Source: a virus (lineage: Duplodnaviria; Caudoviricetes). Taken from it: a DNA stretch of 59,513 bases. The position numbers were made by a program, and so were the translations under genes. Where the stretch lies: the IMG/VR virus record IMGVR_UViG_3300027851_000002, positions 1-59,513 of that record; one strand, given 5' to 3'. Positions 56,397-59,513 of the stretch are shown piece by piece; position 1 is the first letter of the stretch, and every line of letters starts with the position of its first letter. The notes beneath the pieces were generated by a model that was not told the origin of the DNA, did no database searches, and saw only the letters and a list, made by a program, of their open reading frames with translations.

Positions 56397-56732
56397 TCAA
56401 AACGATCTGGCTGCACCAATACCAGCTAGGTAATCCAACCGACTGGAATCTCCGGTGTATGGTTCGGCCTCCCACGTAAGCCTGACCTTCTCGAATGTCT
56501 CCTCATCCGTGATGGGGTCATACGAGCCAAGCACCATGTCACGGTATTGCTTCCCGAACTCTCCGGCCTCCTCTGACCTGTCCTGAAAGTAGCCCTCAGC
56601 GGTATCAATCGCATCGGCGCGGGAATATGCATCCGTAATGGTGCGGCCAAACTCTACGCCGCGCAAATGCTGGGCATGTGTTGGCTCCTCGTAGATGGTA
56701 TAAACCTTTTGTTCATTCCGAGTTGCTGGCAT
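56397..56732 (-). CDS. Hypothetical protein
   Basis: AAGGAG RBS before MPATRN. Confidence 0.65.
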   Translation of the reverse strand: MPATRNEQKVYTIYEEPTHAQHLRGVEFGRTITDAYSRADAIDTAEGYFQDRSEEAGEFGKQYRDMVLGSYDPITDEETFEKVRLTWEAEPYTGDSSRLDYLAGIGAARSF

Positions 56733-56919
56733 AGCGTTCTCCTTTCTTTTCGGCCTCACGTTGAATGGCCTGATCGATTGAGTGATCGAGGTCTGATAGA
56801 TGAGCCAACATGCTGGACTGTCCAAGCATGGTAAGCCAATCAAAGGCCTCCATGCGGAACCTGTCCACGTTGGCTTTGAGCTGTTGTAGTCCTTCGGACT
56901 TGTCTTGGTTACGTGGCAT
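56713..56919 (-). CDS. Hypothetical protein
   Basis: TAATG coupling. Confidence 0.55.
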   Translation of the reverse strand: MPRNQDKSEGLQQLKANVDRFRMEAFDWLTMLGQSSMLAHLSDLDHSIDQAIQREAEKKGERYASNSE

Positions 56920-57173
56920 TATAATTCACCTTTTGCTTTTGCGATGGCTGTTTCAATATTTTTGACTGCACAGGTTGCTTCATATGCGAAACCTTTTCGA
57001 CCTGCCATGATGTCAATCAAGAGCTGTTTTTGCTTCTCCAAAGCCAATACCAACTCATCCTGCGTATTCACCGCATTGGCGATGATCTCCGCCCACGATG
57101 ATGATTGGCATTCTGCGATATTTTGGCAGTTTTCTAGCTGGATATATATTCCTGCTGTCTTTACTTTTGTCAT
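56919..57173 (-). CDS. Hypothetical protein
   Basis: Ends 'AIAKAKGE', a common phage C-terminus. Confidence 0.6.
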   Translation of the reverse strand: MTKVKTAGIYIQLENCQNIAECQSSSWAEIIANAVNTQDELVLALEKQKQLLIDIMAGRKGFAYEATCAVKNIETAIAKAKGEL

Positions 57174-57335
57174 TTTAAACGACACCTTTCTCAATTGTGA
57201 TTTTCAAAACTCTGACCAGATCGGCAACCGTGGAGTCACCGTACACGTTGACCAGATACTGCAAGCACTCCTCTAATGTGCCGCGCTACTGAACCACTCC
57301 GTCTTTTTTTACTTGGTACATTTTTGTTCCCTTCC

Positions 57336-57686
57336 TTAATCGGAATATTTTTCAGCGAAGCTGTTTGCGTTTTTCAGAGCATCTTCCATATTTACTGAGT
57401 AATTTGAGATCAGACAGTCAACATTTCCCCAGATCAAGAGAACCCAGCCAACACGTTCACCAGACTTTTTACCGGAAAGCGGGAAATCATCCTTTGAGTT
57501 GTAGGCATAAAGGTAATCTTCATCCGTGCTGAAAACGGCATCCATGATCTCTTTCATGCTTGTGCTACGTTCCAGAACGGTTTCCTCTCCGTCATTGACA
57601 CCAACGGTGAAGCCAGCCTGTAAAAGGCCAATGGCCGCTTTGCGGCAGATTTTCTTTTCGAGTTCAATTTCAAGTTTGCGTGACAT
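57336..57686 (-). CDS. Hypothetical protein
   Basis: AAGGA RBS; 'V.DGEE', 'GWV.LI.GN....I.NYS'. Confidence 0.7.
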   Translation of the reverse strand: MSRKLEIELEKKICRKAAIGLLQAGFTVGVNDGEETVLERSTSMKEIMDAVFSTDEDYLYAYNSKDDFPLSGKKSGERVGWVLLIWGNVDCLISNYSVNMEDALKNANSFAEKYSD

Positions 57687-57733
57687 TTCGTTTTTCCTTG
57701 TGCATTTATTTAACCTATCCTCAGTATAGCACC

Positions 57734-57753
57734 ATTGACTTTTAATCGTCAAT
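57734..57753. promoter_or_regulatory. 20-bp operator/back-to-back -35 elements, copy 5
   Basis: ATTGACTTTTAATCGTCAAT, the exact reverse complement of 41973-41992, between divergent genes. Confidence 0.7.
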
Positions 57754-57784
57754 GGGTTATTTTTAAAAAAAGGAGAAAAAAGAC

Positions 57785-59101
57785 ATGACACAAATCGCAA
57801 TCCGCGCAAGGCTCACCGAAATCATTACCGAATATAATGAGAAGAAAGAACTGCTATCCGAGGAGCTGCACACCTTCCAGAAGGCAGGCACACAGCTCAA
57901 GTCAGCATCCACGGTCTGGGGGCAATGGGGCAGAGAAACTGTCGATGTCGGCAATATCTACATCGAAACCCTTGAACGTGCGTTGCTTTGTTCGGCATGG
58001 CTGGCACTGTACGAAAAGCTTGAGCTGAAAACCCTGATGTCGGCAGACGATAAGCGCCTATTTGACCAAGCCATGTCACGCCCGCCAGAATTTACTCTGG
58101 ACAACATCAAGGCCACCTTTGGGGATTATATCGCTGACCCATGGGGGAATATCCTGCGCGGTCTGGCCGAAGTGTTCTGCGGGCTCGACCAGTCATACAA
58201 ATCCCATGACAAGGTAAAGATCGGGGTCAGCGGCCTGCCGAAGCGTATCATCATGGGCGGTTTCGGCGGATATTCCAGCTACGGATATGACCGTGTGCGC
58301 GACATCATCAACGCTCTGGCCGCCTATCAGGGCAAACCACTGGCCGAATGGGCGGAAATGAACGCCCTGCAAAAGAACGGCGAAGCCCTGATAAAGGGCT
58401 GGGTGCATACCGACAATGATGGCAAAGAAAAACCCTATCCGGGGCGAGGCCTCTGGCTCCATAAATTCAAAAACGGAAACGGCCACCTTTTCTTTGATCC
58501 CGAAACCCTGAAAGATATAAACCGCGCCTTGGCCGAGTATTACGGCGAAGTGCTGGCTGATTGCCACGAAGAAAAACCGACCGATCGTGCCACGTCAACG
58601 GAAGTTTCCAAAGACCTGCAATATTATCCGACCCCAGAGGATACGGTGCGCCGTGTTCTCCGCGATATTTATATCAGGGACAACGACCGAGTGCTGGAGC
58701 CATCCTGTGGCTGTGGCCGGTTCCTTGACCAAATCCGCAAAGAAACGCCGAAGGCTAAGCTATGGGGAATCGAGATCGATCCAACACGCGCCGCGCAGGC
58801 CAGAGCCAAAGGCCACGATGTCCTTGTCGCCAACTTCCTGCAAACCAAGCCGGAGCCGGTTTACGATGTCGTGATTATGAACCCTCCATTTTACGGCAAG
58901 CACTATGCCAAACATGTCGAACACGCCCTGAAATTTCTCAAGCCCGGAGGCATCCTGAAAGCCATCCTGCCGATCACTGCCCGCACCGACCACGGCCTTT
59001 TCGATGGGCGCGGCGAGTTCCATGATCTGCCCGTGGGTTCATTCCGCGAAAGCGGAACGAATATAAATACGACCGTTCTGACAATACGTAAAAAGGACTA
59101 A
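57785..59101 (+). CDS. DUF4942-domain N6-adenine methyltransferase
   Basis: 'F.NGNGHL.F', 'QYYPTP', 'VLEPSCG.G', 'MNPPF', 'F.ESGT...T'. Confidence 0.85.
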   Translation: MTQIAIRARLTEIITEYNEKKELLSEELHTFQKAGTQLKSASTVWGQWGRETVDVGNIYIETLERALLCSAWLALYEKLELKTLMSADDKRLFDQAMSRPPEFTLDNIKATFGDYIADPWGNILRGLAEVFCGLDQSYKSHDKVKIGVSGLPKRIIMGGFGGYSSYGYDRVRDIINALAAYQGKPLAEWAEMNALQKNGEALIKGWVHTDNDGKEKPYPGRGLWLHKFKNGNGHLFFDPETLKDINRALAEYYGEVLADCHEEKPTDRATSTEVSKDLQYYPTPEDTVRRVLRDIYIRDNDRVLEPSCGCGRFLDQIRKETPKAKLWGIEIDPTRAAQARAKGHDVLVANFLQTKPEPVYDVVIMNPPFYGKHYAKHVEHALKFLKPGGILKAILPITARTDHGLFDGRGEFHDLPVGSFRESGTNINTTVLTIRKKD

Positions 59102-59349
59102 TTTTTTAACCACTGCCGCCCATTTCATGGTTTCATGGATGGGCGGCGAGCTGACAGCCCCGCTCTTGTCGGCCACGGCGATCTGGGTTTTCTTCCTTTT
59201 CCCAAGACAACGCCACACACACCCGCCGCCCCTGCGAGCCGCCTCCCCGTGAGCCTGACCAAGCAATACCCGGGGAGGCGGTGATTCTTTGCTCATGGAC
59301 AGATATGGATAATTTGCGCTACCCTGTCAAGAACAGGAGGCAAAGTCCA

Positions 59350-59513
59350 ATGTCCACGGAAACAGACAAGAAACCACCGCACAGGCCAACACTCTATACG
59401 CCCGAACTCCGCGACAGGATTTGTGCAGAGCTTGCCTCTGGCCGCACCCTGCGCTCCGTATGCCGTGATGAGGACATGCCAGACCGGCAAACCATCTACA
59501 ACTGGCTTAACCA
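59350..59513 (+). CDS. terS: Terminase small subunit, 5' part (continues across the junction to 548)
   Basis: AGGAGG RBS then ATG at 59350; MSTETDKKPPHRPTLYTPELRDRICAELASGRTLRSVCRDEDMPDRQT is in frame with ORF 90..548; total ~194 aa. Confidence 0.85.
   Translation, partial: MSTETDKKPPHRPTLYTPELRDRICAELASGRTLRSVCRDEDMPDRQTIYNWLN
59387..59513 (+). repeat. Terminal direct repeat (copy 2)
   Basis: Exact copy of 1..127. Confidence 0.97.

Noticed and set aside
1-59513. CRISPR array, DGR/retron reverse transcriptase, IS element, stop-codon recoding
   Set aside because: No regularly spaced repeat-spacer array, no RT or transposase motifs recognised, and genes are intact in the standard code

Overview
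A complete, circularly assembled ~59.4 kb podovirus-like dsDNA phage genome. The first 127 nt repeat exactly at the end, and the small terminase gene spans the junction. The host is probably an alphaproteobacterium (GapR/DUF2312 homologue). 1-33.9 kb (+) is the virion module: TerS, TerL, P22-like portal, scaffold, N4-gp56-type major capsid, head-tail and tail-hub proteins, fibre/spike genes with a holin/SAR-endolysin/Rz-Rz1 cassette embedded among them, ejection proteins, and a 3902-aa polyvalent protein (pyrophosphatase-like, LPD5/LPD1, HExxH peptidase, ADP-ribosyltransferase, PLxRFG-like parts). 34-53.6 kb holds two divergent early/middle arms: Sak4-like ATPase plus RecE-like exonuclease, HTH regulators, a replication initiator, methyltransferase, Arr-like ART, HNH/GIY-YIG nucleases and tRNA(CAU). 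53.9-59.1 kb holds a serine resolvase with res-like sites, a lipoprotein and a DUF4942 methyltransferase. Most notable: (i) two inverted, collinear gene arrays built from near-identical 14-38 nt in-frame GC-rich boxes separated by unrelated cassettes, a candidate domain-shuffling system; (ii) a 129-nt tRNA-like RNA with an expanded core; (iii) a ~275-nt structured, pseudoknotted RNA directly behind the tRNA; (iv) a five-copy 20-bp palindromic operator. All family assignments are from recalled motifs; no database searches were run.
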